From: Clostridium aciditolerans
GTDB lineage: Bacteria > Bacillota > Clostridia > Clostridiales > Clostridiaceae
Direction of reading: 5' to 3'
DNA length: 32,000 bases
NCBI RefSeq assembly: GCF_016316925.1
Contig: NZ_JAEEGB010000035.1
Location: 167,063 to 199,062, forward strand
This document shows, piece after piece, positions 1 to 9,985 of the stretch. Both the position numbers and the translations under genes were made by a program. Positions within the stretch are counted from its first letter, which is position 1; the number at the start of each line of letters is the position of its first letter. A model generated the notes under the pieces. It was not told the origin of the DNA. It did no database searches and saw only the letters and a list, made by a program, of their open reading frames with translations.

Positions 1-1452
1 CAAAAATATGCTTTAAATTTTAGAAATTTTATAGCTCATAATAAGATTGTTGAGGATGATGTTTTTTTAAAGTATAAATCTGGTATTGAGCAAATTAATA
101 AAGATTTAATTGAAAAATATATTAGTAATAGTAATTTTGGTTTTTTAGAATTAACTGAAGAAAATATAGTAAACAGTACTTTATTTTTAATAGATATAGA
201 AATTAATAATTACGAAGATGCAAAGATGTTTTTTATGAAGTTACTTTTAGAATATGGTGTAATACCTGCTGAAATAAGAGATATAGATAGACAAACTACT
301 ATAAATAATGAAGATGATAAGAGTGATAATTATGCTTTATTAGTAGAAAATGAAATGTACAAAGCACTTTTCTATAAGCTAGAGGAAACTGAAAAAACAT
401 ATACATTTTATATGAATGTTAAAAATAATGATTTAAAGAAAAGGATTGCAAATAGATTATCAAGCGTTATGGATTTTTTAAACAACAATCAAATTATATA
501 TGTTTTCGATTTTTCATCATTTAAGTATAATAATGCATTATATAAATATTTCAATTATTTTGAGAATACACTACGAGCATATTTATCTATAATAGAAATA
601 AATAAAGAGAGAATTTTCACAAAAGATAATGGAGAAAATTTAGAAACTAAGAATAATGCAAATAGTTATAAAGATATAGATAATAGAGATAAAGCTAGAG
701 TATTTTTAAAGCCCAATAATGGAAATTCTTCAAATTTAATTAATAACCAATTTTTTGACAAGCCAACTAGTGATTTGAAAAAATACTTAGTAAATCCAAT
801 AGATTTTGAAAACAATTCATCAAACAATATTAAAAGTCTAATTAATTCATATTTAAATTCTAAAAATGAGAGTAGTTTATTAAAGAAAATATTCACGATA
901 ATAGAATGGGATGAAGGTTTGCAATTGATAAATAATGATTGGGAATTTATTGAGGGTTATAGGAATATAGTTGCCCATGAGAATATTATATTTCATGATG
1001 AATATATTGAAGTTAAAAATAAAATGGAAGAAGTAAAAAATATTTTAATAAATTCCATTTTGAAACTGCTTGATGAATTTTATTGTGTGAAAACTAACTT
1101 TGAGTTTAATGAAAAAGGCTTGAAGCTAAGTTATAGCGGTAAAAACTTAAACATTACTTTCGATGACTTGAGGGTTGAAATAGATGATTGTTTATATTGT
1201 AAGTTTATTTATTTTATAAACAATGTTTCAGATATTAATTTGTATACGGATGTAATATTTCTAAATGATGAAACCGTTAAAAATATCTTATCATCAAGTT
1301 ATGTTGAAGGTAAAGTAAATAGAGAATTAATAAATAATGTGTTTAATAGTAATCAATTGTTAATTATAGAAGGAAAGAACAATAGATATTATATTGAAAA
1401 ACTTATTAATGAAAATATGGATAAAATAGAAAAATACACTGAAAATGAATAA
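1..1452 (+). CDS. Hypothetical protein with two HEPN-like RNxxAH motifs (5' end cut by window edge)
   Basis: Frame 1 has no stop between nt 1 and the listed ORF 226..1452, so the gene enters from upstream. RNFIAH is encoded at 22-39 and RNIVAH at 961-978 (~313 codons apart). Both fit the Rx4-6H HEPN signature with Asn after Arg. The rest is N/K/I-rich with no other motif I recognise. Confidence 0.6.
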   Translation, partial: QKYALNFRNFIAHNKIVEDDVFLKYKSGIEQINKDLIEKYISNSNFGFLELTEENIVNSTLFLIDIEINNYEDAKMFFMKLLLEYGVIPAEIRDIDRQTTINNEDDKSDNYALLVENEMYKALFYKLEETEKTYTFYMNVKNNDLKKRIANRLSSVMDFLNNNQIIYVFDFSSFKYNNALYKYFNYFENTLRAYLSIIEINKERIFTKDNGENLETKNNANSYKDIDNRDKARVFLKPNNGNSSNLINNQFFDKPTSDLKKYLVNPIDFENNSSNNIKSLINSYLNSKNESSLLKKIFTIIEWDEGLQLINNDWEFIEGYRNIVAHENIIFHDEYIEVKNKMEEVKNILINSILKLLDEFYCVKTNFEFNEKGLKLSYSGKNLNITFDDLRVEIDDCLYCKFIYFINNVSDINLYTDVIFLNDETVKNILSSSYVEGKVNRELINNVFNSNQLLIIEGKNNRYYIEKLINENMDKIEKYTENE

Positions 1453-1619
1453 ATATCTAAATTATTCAATTATCGCTATTAAAATGGATATAGAATAAAG
1501 AAGTTTTAAAGTCATTATGATTTATGTGAATCGAAGAATTGCGAAAATTTTTAAAGTTAAGTATTTGTAGTCAACATAGAAGGACAAGTTATTAGAAAGT
1601 TTGAGTCTAGTATAGAAGG

Positions 1620-2819
1620 TTAATAATTAATAATACAATAGAACAGTTCTTCTATTGTATTATTAAATTTATTTAAACTTAATCTAATGAATTGACTGCT
1701 TTTATCATTATATTTTATTTCAGTAATAATATACGAAGGTTCCCCAATTCCACAAGCAGACCCCGAAGAAATAGCAAATCTATCAGCTATATCCTTAATA
1801 AACATCTCATTAACAATCCCAGGAATAAGCATACCAATAACTCCAGGAATATGATTATCTGGATCTCCTAAAAATTCAACTCCAGGATATTTTTCAGTAA
1901 GCATTTTCTTAGTTTCAATTTCTAATTCAGAAATCTTTTTAATATATTCATTCATATCCTTCTTAGCAATTTCACAAGCCTTACCGAAGCCTACAATATT
2001 ATGAACAGCAGAAGTTCCAGCTCTATAGCCACTTTCTTGAAGTCCACCGTGTATTAATGAAGTCATTTTAAAATCTGATAAACCATTTTGCCTTATAAAA
2101 GCAGCTCCAACACCTTTAGGACCATAGATTTTATGTGCAGACATTGAAAGAAAATCTACTGAAAGTTTATTTACATCAATATTTATCTTTCCTAAAACCT
2201 GAGTAGCATCTGAATGAAATAAGATTCCTTTTTCTTTAGCAATAGAGCATAAGCCTTCAATATCATTTAGTGAACCAATTTCATTATTACCCCATATAAA
2301 TGATGCAAGTATAGTATTATCTTTAATTGAATTTTTGAAAGTATCTTTTTCAACTTGTGCATATTGGTTTACTGGAAGAAAAGTAACTTCATAGCCTCTA
2401 TCAATCTTTTTTGTAGTAGATTTTTTCTTTAGAAATTGATTTGCTACTGATTTTTCTGATTTATTCCAGAATACATCACCATTTAAAAACTTGCAGGTTT
2501 GAAGTACTGATTTATGTTCAACTGTTGATGTAATTATATGATTTCCGCTTTCTTCGTAGTGCTTTTTATAATCAGCTACACCTTTTATGATGAAGTTATT
2601 GCTTTCAGAAGCACCACCAGTAAATATTATTTCTTTAGGCATAGCGTTTATTAAAGCTGCAACTTGTTCTCTAGCTTTTTCTACAGCTTTATTAGCATTT
2701 ACAGCTAGAGTATAATATCTACTAGAGGGGTTACCATATTCCTCTTTTAAATATGGTAACATTGCATCTAATACTTCAGGATCAATAGGAGTAGTTGCGC
2801 TGTTATCTAAATATATCAT
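1620..2819 (-). CDS. dndA: Cysteine desulfurase DndA (NifS/IscS-type PLP enzyme)
   Basis: N-terminus MIYLDNSATTP. PLP-lysine motif SMSAHKIYGPKG. Active-site loop SSGSACG. The start overlaps the dndE stop by 4 nt (2816-2819), at the end of a dndBCDE-A operon. Confidence 0.9.
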   Translation of the reverse strand: MIYLDNSATTPIDPEVLDAMLPYLKEEYGNPSSRYYTLAVNANKAVEKAREQVAALINAMPKEIIFTGGASESNNFIIKGVADYKKHYEESGNHIITSTVEHKSVLQTCKFLNGDVFWNKSEKSVANQFLKKKSTTKKIDRGYEVTFLPVNQYAQVEKDTFKNSIKDNTILASFIWGNNEIGSLNDIEGLCSIAKEKGILFHSDATQVLGKINIDVNKLSVDFLSMSAHKIYGPKGVGAAFIRQNGLSDFKMTSLIHGGLQESGYRAGTSAVHNIVGFGKACEIAKKDMNEYIKKISELEIETKKMLTEKYPGVEFLGDPDNHIPGVIGMLIPGIVNEMFIKDIADRFAISSGSACGIGEPSYIITEIKYNDKSSQFIRLSLNKFNNTIEELFYCIINY

Positions 2820-3205
2820 AAATTAACATCTCCTTTATTTAAGGCATTTCTTAAGAATTTCTCTAAATTACCACCTGAATATTTATATTGATTTAGTAAA
2901 AGCTCTGCGCCTCTATCCATGTGAAGTTTCATATAATGTGGATAGTATTCATCCTCACTAATATTACGTTTAAGATTAACTTCAATAAGAGCTTTAAATA
3001 TTGTATCAAATTCTCCAGTAACTGTTGATCTTTGAAGCTCAAGTCCATTTGTATCATCATTTTTATAATTATCAATGGAAGTTTTATCTTTTAATGACAG
3101 AGAAATTGCTATTTTACTTAAAGCAAATGGTTTTAGGTTTGAACTTTTGCTTATTTCTTCAAATATTTCTTTTGTCTTTTTTGATGTTTTTAATCTAAAT
3201 CCCAT
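2816..3205 (-). CDS. dndE: DNA sulfur modification protein DndE
   Basis: 129 aa, the expected size and position directly after dndD (2-nt gap). The N-terminal segment FRLKTSKKTKE...LKPFALSKIAISLSL resembles DndE. The call rests mainly on synteny. Confidence 0.75.
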   Translation of the reverse strand: MGFRLKTSKKTKEIFEEISKSSNLKPFALSKIAISLSLKDKTSIDNYKNDDTNGLELQRSTVTGEFDTIFKALIEVNLKRNISEDEYYPHYMKLHMDRGAELLLNQYKYSGGNLEKFLRNALNKGDVNL

Positions 3206-3207
3206 AA

Positions 3208-5367
3208 TTACACCTCAAAATATCCATTTTTAACTTCAGTCTTACGTAATTCTGCATTGTATAGCAGTAGGTATTCATCACATACATAAGGCTTTACAAC
3301 ATTATATAATTCACTATCAATTTCTTTATTGGTTGAAAGGATAATTACTTGCTTACTTATATTTGGTAAATAAGTAGTAGTTAATGAATTTCTATGGGTT
3401 TCATCAATACGAGCATAAGGTGTATCTATTATAAACGGTATTTCAACTCCAGAGCTTTTAATTATAGCCCATATTAGGCAAAGTATATAAATTTGCTTTT
3501 CACCATTAGAAAAATCATTTATATTGATTTTAGTACTTAAACTGATATAGTTAAATGGATTATCGTTAGCTACCTCTGATTCTAGTTCTTGGTTTGTTTC
3601 TACATTATAATGTTTTAATAAATCCTGTAAAAAGTTATGACCATATTTTTTTTCTAAAGCATCAAATCCAAGATTTTTAATTACATTTAAAATTTCATTG
3701 CTATTATAATCTTTGTTTATATATAAGGTAGTGTTGAAGTTATCATCAATTACAATGCTATTTACATAGTTTTCTTTTCTAATTATAGTGCTGAATATAT
3801 TTAAAAACTCATCTTCAATTAATTTAATTTTATCTTTAGTTAAATTAGTAAGCAGCTCATTTAAATATTCAATAAGTTGTGAGGACATATCTAGAACATT
3901 AATATTTTGAAGTAAAGTAGTATATTCATTTCTTGCTCTAGTAAGATGATATTCTTTATTCTGCAATTCACTCTGTCTTGAATCTATAGAGGATTTTTTA
4001 ACAGCGATATTGCTCTGAACATTATTTATGTCTTCATTGATTGAATGTATATTTTCTAAATAGCTATTTAATATATCCTCAGAAATTGAAGAGGTTAATT
4101 TATCTTTTAAATCCTTTAATTTAGCTCCTATTTTAGAAATTCTATCATATTTTTGAATTAATCCTCTAGTTAATTTATTTCTTCTGGTTAGAATATTATC
4201 AACAGTATGGTTTATATTGTTCTTCTGTTCAGTCGATAACTCTAATATCGTTGCTACATTTTTCAATTCAGATGTATTGAACATATTATTTAATAAATCA
4301 ACTGCAATTTCAGCATATGTATTTGGATTAACAGTAGTATTTATATGCTTGCTAAGAGAACTTTTTACAATATCTCCAGATAATTTTTCTTTTACAGAAT
4401 TATAAGAGTTTAGTGAATCCTCTTTTTCAATCTGAATTTTTGTTTCCTCTAAAAGGTCTGTAACTAATAAGAATGGGAGGGTATCATTACAAAAATCTTT
4501 TATATCTTGATTTAAATTAGCTCTCTCAGCTTCAAGTTTAACCATTTCTGAATTTATGGCAGATTTCTCTTCTTCCAAAAGTCCACCACTATTTTTAAAG
4601 CTTTCTTCTATTTGACTTCTTTTAACTAATAAGTCATCTAAATGTTTTTCATCTAAAGTTAATGAATTTTTTAATTCTTCAATTTCATTTTTAAGCTCTT
4701 TTACAGTAGAAGAAAGTTCATCATAATTATTTTGAACTTCTTCAAGCTTTGCATTAGATTTTGATTTAGCTCTTTGATAGGTCAATAATTGCTTTTTTAA
4801 TACTTCAAAAGTATCATAATTAAATAATTCAAGTATTGATTCTTTTAAATTGGAATTTGCATTTTTTCCAGTAAAGAAATCACTTAATTCTTCGCCATCA
4901 AAAAAGAAAAAATCAAACAAAGATGGTGGAAGTACAGATTTTAAATATTTATCGAAATATAATTTATCTTCATCATTCAATTCAGAATTATTTAGATAAA
5001 CTTCAAATTCTTCATGTATTTTTTGATTTATATATTTCCAGGAACGTTTTAGATAGTAGTTTTTTATTTCAGTACCATCTTTAAAAGAAAGACTTAGACC
5101 TAAAAAACATTCTATGTTTTCATTTTTAAAGGCATTATCATTTATGTTGTTTTTAATTTTAGTTTGATAATTATGATTTTGACCAAGATATCCATAAGTA
5201 ATAGGGCCATAAATACACAATTTAATTGCTTCAAATAATGTTGATTTCCCAGCTCCGTTTTCTCCACCAATTAAAACAATATTCTTAGTATCTTTAGGAG
5301 TAAAGGAGAAAGTAGTCTCATCTTCATAAGATCTAAAGTTTTTTAATGTTATGCTATTAATTATCAT
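3208..5367 (-). CDS. dndD: DNA sulfur modification protein DndD (SMC/ABC-like ATPase)
   Basis: N-terminal ITLKNFRSY...GGENGAGKSTLFEAIKLCIYG (Walker A), a long central coiled-coil and C-terminal FIIDTPYARIDETHR (Walker B/D-loop). It overlaps dndC by 11 nt. Confidence 0.9.
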   Translation of the reverse strand: MIINSITLKNFRSYEDETTFSFTPKDTKNIVLIGGENGAGKSTLFEAIKLCIYGPITYGYLGQNHNYQTKIKNNINDNAFKNENIECFLGLSLSFKDGTEIKNYYLKRSWKYINQKIHEEFEVYLNNSELNDEDKLYFDKYLKSVLPPSLFDFFFFDGEELSDFFTGKNANSNLKESILELFNYDTFEVLKKQLLTYQRAKSKSNAKLEEVQNNYDELSSTVKELKNEIEELKNSLTLDEKHLDDLLVKRSQIEESFKNSGGLLEEEKSAINSEMVKLEAERANLNQDIKDFCNDTLPFLLVTDLLEETKIQIEKEDSLNSYNSVKEKLSGDIVKSSLSKHINTTVNPNTYAEIAVDLLNNMFNTSELKNVATILELSTEQKNNINHTVDNILTRRNKLTRGLIQKYDRISKIGAKLKDLKDKLTSSISEDILNSYLENIHSINEDINNVQSNIAVKKSSIDSRQSELQNKEYHLTRARNEYTTLLQNINVLDMSSQLIEYLNELLTNLTKDKIKLIEDEFLNIFSTIIRKENYVNSIVIDDNFNTTLYINKDYNSNEILNVIKNLGFDALEKKYGHNFLQDLLKHYNVETNQELESEVANDNPFNYISLSTKININDFSNGEKQIYILCLIWAIIKSSGVEIPFIIDTPYARIDETHRNSLTTTYLPNISKQVIILSTNKEIDSELYNVVKPYVCDEYLLLYNAELRKTEVKNGYFEV

Positions 5368-6985
5368 TTTCTATCTCCTCAAAAATTGCTTTATGTAAAT
5401 GTCTTTGATTAAGAATCTTATTAATTGATTTATCTAAAACAGATCTATTAGTAAAGTGCTTATATTTATTTGTATCAATTAATAGTCTATTAATTAAATC
5501 TTGATCAATATTGTGTTTATCACATAAATTTGATATTTCATCAATGGTTTTTTTATCAAACATAGGCTTTTTATAGTCATCCCATGGAAGTCTTTCACCC
5601 ATAACTTCATGATATAAATCAACTAAGGTTCTGTGAGTTAAATCCTCTTCATCATCCCAAATCTTATCTATAGCTTCTAATTCTTCTTTAGAAATAAGAT
5701 CAATTTCATACTCTTCATTAATTAGTTTTTGTAATTCTAAAAGTTTTTTTAGAATCTCTTGTCTAGCTATAAAATTAAAAGGCCCATATCCAAGTACATT
5801 TATAAATTCACCTTTATCATCTTTTTGAACTTTAGATTTATCTAAAATGACATTATTAGAATTATTGATATTAAAAAGTGGAAGTAATTCTAAATAAATT
5901 TTATCCTTCTCTTCAGAAGTATATTTGTTTCCTTTGTCTATTTCCGATTGACAATTTTTTAAATCAATATATCCCTCACCATCACCATTAGCAAAAAGAT
6001 AGTCTGAATTTATAACATAGTTATCTAATAAAGGCAATTTATCTAAGTATAATTTTTTATAATAGTGATTTCCATCTCTTCTATACTGCATTCTATATTC
6101 ATGCTTGTTACGAATGCCGACTATCCATTGTCGAAAATCAAGCAAAGGTTGAAGCCAGGTTTCACCATTTTCAATAAATCCGGTTAAAGATTTATCTTTA
6201 GTTACAACTGTACAAATCCAACAACCAAGCCTAGAGTTGCCACAAGTTGGTGTTTCTTTATCATTAGTAGTAGTAAAAGGACATTCGCCGCCATCAGCAC
6301 CCATATATAATGTAAATAAATCATTATTACTAGCACCCCATGGATTATTGCCATTATTAGAAAGCAAAAATCCCCATACGTCATCTGTAGTCAAATTAAC
6401 TATAGGATTATATACATAAGTACTATCAAGAGAACCATGAGGAGTCAAAAGATATCCATCAATTTCTCTGTTTTTAATTCTTATACTTCTAGCAATACTT
6501 TCAGCTTTTCTAACCCCTAAAAGAATAACTACTTCACCATTTTCTTTTACTTTTTCTTCAATAAATGTATTAGATGGTTTAATTTTAAGCTTTTCAGTAC
6601 ACCATCTAAATCTAATGGAAGTAGGAGTAGGGAGCCCTTTGCCAATTATGTTAGTCCAGTATGTATTATCATAATTAGGGTGAACCATATGAGTATACAG
6701 TGGAATATTTGCTTTTTTTGCGCCTTCATTTATTAGGGCTGAATTATGTTTTAAATATCCTAAAACAAGAGGGTTTTCTATAAGAGTATCAGAAGATACT
6801 ACATAAACAGCCTTATGTCTTTCTTCTAGTGGTAACTGCATAAGCATAGTAAATACTAATTGAACAACAGTAGTACTATCTTTACCTCCACTATAGCCAA
6901 TAACCCAAGGTCTTGAGTCGTTTTTATATACTCTTTTCATTTCTTCTAATATATCATCAATTTTTGATTGTATTTCGCTGTTCAT
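5357..6985 (-). CDS. dndC: DNA phosphorothioation protein DndC (PAPS reductase/PP-loop ATP pyrophosphatase family)
   Basis: PP-loop GYSGGKDSTT and the Cys cluster CGNSRLGCWICT typical of DndC. Located between dndB and dndD. Confidence 0.9.
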   Translation of the reverse strand: MNSEIQSKIDDILEEMKRVYKNDSRPWVIGYSGGKDSTTVVQLVFTMLMQLPLEERHKAVYVVSSDTLIENPLVLGYLKHNSALINEGAKKANIPLYTHMVHPNYDNTYWTNIIGKGLPTPTSIRFRWCTEKLKIKPSNTFIEEKVKENGEVVILLGVRKAESIARSIRIKNREIDGYLLTPHGSLDSTYVYNPIVNLTTDDVWGFLLSNNGNNPWGASNNDLFTLYMGADGGECPFTTTNDKETPTCGNSRLGCWICTVVTKDKSLTGFIENGETWLQPLLDFRQWIVGIRNKHEYRMQYRRDGNHYYKKLYLDKLPLLDNYVINSDYLFANGDGEGYIDLKNCQSEIDKGNKYTSEEKDKIYLELLPLFNINNSNNVILDKSKVQKDDKGEFINVLGYGPFNFIARQEILKKLLELQKLINEEYEIDLISKEELEAIDKIWDDEEDLTHRTLVDLYHEVMGERLPWDDYKKPMFDKKTIDEISNLCDKHNIDQDLINRLLIDTNKYKHFTNRSVLDKSINKILNQRHLHKAIFEEIENDN

Positions 6986-6987
6986 AA

Positions 6988-8073
6988 TTAATCCTCCATT
7001 TTGCAGTCATTTTCTAATTTAAGTTCGTCCTTAGCCAAAGGAAGATTTAACTTAATTTTTATAAGATTGCAAGTCAATCTTACATATGTAGCACTTTTAA
7101 CAATTCTACCTGTTGGGCCAATTACTCTGCCTTGCCAATCATTTAAATTTGATCTGTGCCAATCTATATCTTTAATTTTTGAAAGGATCTCTTTCCAATC
7201 ATTTGGATTATTCTTATATAAATAATTAGCAACAAGTCCTAGTGCTTCAAGAACAACAGCATTAGAACTTATGTAGTCACTTCTGAAAAGGGTTGGACTT
7301 GTATGCTTATTAAATACAAATTGCCATTCTTTCATATTCTCACAAAGTAGATCCCAAAACTCATAAACAAAAGTAGTAGTTTGAGAATCGTTGATATTTA
7401 GCTTGTTAATTAATTTTTTATTTGTTTCGTTTAAACTGCTGAGAGTAAAAAGTTTTGGTGAAAATTTAGATAAAGAAGGATTTTCTTTATCAGTATAATT
7501 TTTCAAGTAAGCATTTTCTTCAAGCAGTCCTTTAGTAAGCATAGCTATTGGATCTCTAGAGTCATATAAAATTCCAATTGATTTTGATACATTAACAGCA
7601 TGCTTATTCAAATCAGCAAAAATTTGCTGACTACGCTTTAAACCTTCATCTATAAATAGAACAACAGAAATTGTTTCATCCTCAAGTTCAGGGGAAGCTT
7701 TTAATGCTTCTTCAATAGCAGCCCGTCGATGTTGGCCATCATTAATAAGTAATCTGCTGTCCATAGATACCCTTAGTACTCCAATTTTTTCATCAAAATC
7801 TTTGTTTATAGGTGTAAAATCAAATTCACCATCTATTGAAGCTGTCACAGATGAAAAAACATAATCATTTGGATTGTTAAGTATATAAGATGCCATTTCA
7901 GGAATTCTAGCTTTATTTAGAATTCTTTGAGCTCTATGCTCAGGTGGCAAATCATCTTCATTAAAAAGAAACAATTTAGATAAAATTGATAATGGACACA
8001 TTATCACAAAAAAATCTCTATTTGCTTGTTTGCCTTTTACAGCTGGAAAAGTGTAATAAAAGTTACTTTTCAT
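6988..8073 (-). CDS. dndB: DndB (DGQHR-domain regulator of phosphorothioation)
   Basis: Contains the diagnostic INDGQHRRAAIEE (DGQHR) motif. It is the first gene of the operon, with RBS AGGAGG 5 nt upstream of the ATG (8077-8082). Confidence 0.85.
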   Translation of the reverse strand: MKSNFYYTFPAVKGKQANRDFFVIMCPLSILSKLFLFNEDDLPPEHRAQRILNKARIPEMASYILNNPNDYVFSSVTASIDGEFDFTPINKDFDEKIGVLRVSMDSRLLINDGQHRRAAIEEALKASPELEDETISVVLFIDEGLKRSQQIFADLNKHAVNVSKSIGILYDSRDPIAMLTKGLLEENAYLKNYTDKENPSLSKFSPKLFTLSSLNETNKKLINKLNINDSQTTTFVYEFWDLLCENMKEWQFVFNKHTSPTLFRSDYISSNAVVLEALGLVANYLYKNNPNDWKEILSKIKDIDWHRSNLNDWQGRVIGPTGRIVKSATYVRLTCNLIKIKLNLPLAKDELKLENDCKMED

Positions 8074-8082
8074 GATTCCTCC

Positions 8083-8124
8083 TACGTACGTATAAGTCTA
8101 TAATTTGATTATATTACGTACGTA
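8083..8124. promoter_or_regulatory. Twin TACGTACGTA palindromes over the dndB promoter/5' UTR (candidate operator)
   Basis: Perfect 10-bp palindrome TACGTACGTA at 8083-8092 and again at 8115-8124. The 22 bp between them contain TATAAT-like hexamers on both strands, and the first copy starts 10 nt upstream of the dndB ATG. Confidence 0.45.
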
Positions 8125-8926
8125 AAGAAAAGTAAAGAGATTTAGAACAAAAGTTCGAAAGTCACATGAATTTTTTGTTTTTTGGGGAAAAATAATCAAA
8201 TTATGGCTTGACTATAATTTTAATATGGAATATTATTTTGGAAAGGGAGGAATAAAGTGCTAACAACTTTGATAAAATCAATTTGTGATTATAATAATCA
8301 AATGTATAGTAGCTAAAAACTAGTAATATTCTGGTTAAATCCAAAATTAGTTGTAAAAAGAAAGTTAATTTTCTGGTGATTTTGAAGATTATAATTAGGC
8401 TTAAGGGTATTAATTTTAATTAAAGAATATAAAATAGTCAATTATAGTTTGCATATTAGAAAAACGAATTGTTATTTGGAAAAAATTTAAAAAGTGTATG
8501 TATATGATTAAATATAATTTTTATTTAAAAATAAAAAAATGAAGCCTAAAACAAGGTTGCAGCCTTGCATAGCCCCATTTAAAATTAATGTAATCATATA
8601 GTGACTACTTAATAAAATCTTCTGTTGTAGTTTAACATAAACTTAATTTTTTTTCAAGTTCAAACTATTTCTGGCTATATTTTTGCAGAGATATAGTTGG
8701 AAATCAAATTAAATTTAGAAAGGAGTATATTTTATAATAACAATTATTTTCAATGTTATTGATTGCATAATAAAACAGAATTGTATGCAGTGAGATGCAT
8801 AAGTGTAAAATTGAATTTAAGTCGATAGTTATATATTTTTTTTATTAATAATCAGAATTTGATTGATAATGAGGTTTTAGGACAATTTCACCCCTAAAAT
8901 ATGATAAATAGAGGTGAAGATATTTT

Positions 8927-9808
8927 ATGGAAAAATCAAAATATATAAAACAAAACGGGGTTATTGATATAATAGATGCAAACGACGTTAATAATAGACT
9001 TTATGAGGAAGTTTATAAAGGGAATTTGTTTTGCGAAGAAGAAGGATGTATGGCCGAAGTTATATTCTATGAAAAACAAAAAGGAGGTTTTAAAAGAATA
9101 TTTAAAACTAAGGCTAGAAGTGAACATAAACCTGGATGTGTTAATGAAATTTTTCATGATGGAACAAAGGGTAAAACCGTAAAATTAACTGGAGAAGATG
9201 TGAATGTTTCACAAAAGCATATTGACGATGTTTTAAATGATTCATTTAGATCTTTCTATAAAAAGGTGCACAATATAAAAGATGAAAATAAAGGAAAATT
9301 AACAAAAAAAGGTAAAAAGAAATCGCAAAAAATTTCAACTGATGATAAGAAAAATATAAGTTATATTTATAGTTCAAGCCCAACTACAAATGGCGAAGGT
9401 ATTGCGGTTGAGGGGAAAAAAGAGCCATATATTTATAAAAGAGAAGTATCTGAGATTAGAGATGAAGATGATAACTCATATAAGGAAGTTCATGGCATAT
9501 TAGATCAGATAAGATTTTATAAAGAAGAAGTGTTTATGGACTTAAAAGGAATAGGTGGAGGAAACATTAGCGTATATATTGGAAAACCATTTAAATCTTC
9601 TCATGAACAGGAATTTAAATTGCTGAAAAACTATAAAACTTATTTAGACCTTCAAAAAGAAAATGGCAATTTAGTTATTTGTAATTGTGTCGGTGAAATA
9701 ATAAAAATAAATAAAGAGAGAGCAGTTCAGGTTTATAGTTATAGAGATGTCAAGTTGGATAATACTGGATTACTAAAAATTACTAATATGCTATCAGAAA
9801 ATAAATAA
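8927..9808 (+). CDS. Hypothetical protein with an N-terminal Cys/His cluster (possible Zn ribbon) and a Lys-rich linker
   Basis: 293-aa ORF with RBS GAGGTGAAG upstream. Contains CEEEGC...x28...HKPGC and the linker KGKLTKKGKKKSQK. I recognise no family. Confidence 0.6.
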   Translation: MEKSKYIKQNGVIDIIDANDVNNRLYEEVYKGNLFCEEEGCMAEVIFYEKQKGGFKRIFKTKARSEHKPGCVNEIFHDGTKGKTVKLTGEDVNVSQKHIDDVLNDSFRSFYKKVHNIKDENKGKLTKKGKKKSQKISTDDKKNISYIYSSSPTTNGEGIAVEGKKEPYIYKREVSEIRDEDDNSYKEVHGILDQIRFYKEEVFMDLKGIGGGNISVYIGKPFKSSHEQEFKLLKNYKTYLDLQKENGNLVICNCVGEIIKINKERAVQVYSYRDVKLDNTGLLKITNMLSENK

Positions 9809-9985
9809 ATTTTTTAAAATAGCAAATTCTACATGTTCATTAGTATTCCTGGGAGATATAAATAAATTGTTAATGTATAGTTTTTGAAACATATAAATAA
9901 TTAGGTAGGATAATAAAAAAATGAAATTTATAAAAGTAAAATGTGATTAAATTTTATTAAGAGAATATTAAATGGAGGGGTAAGT

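Noticed and set aside
9921-9950. 9-codon ORF MKFIKVKCD with an upstream AGGTAGGA as a leader peptide for the membrane-protein gene
   Set aside because: It is too short and I cannot evaluate its conservation. It may be a chance occurrence.
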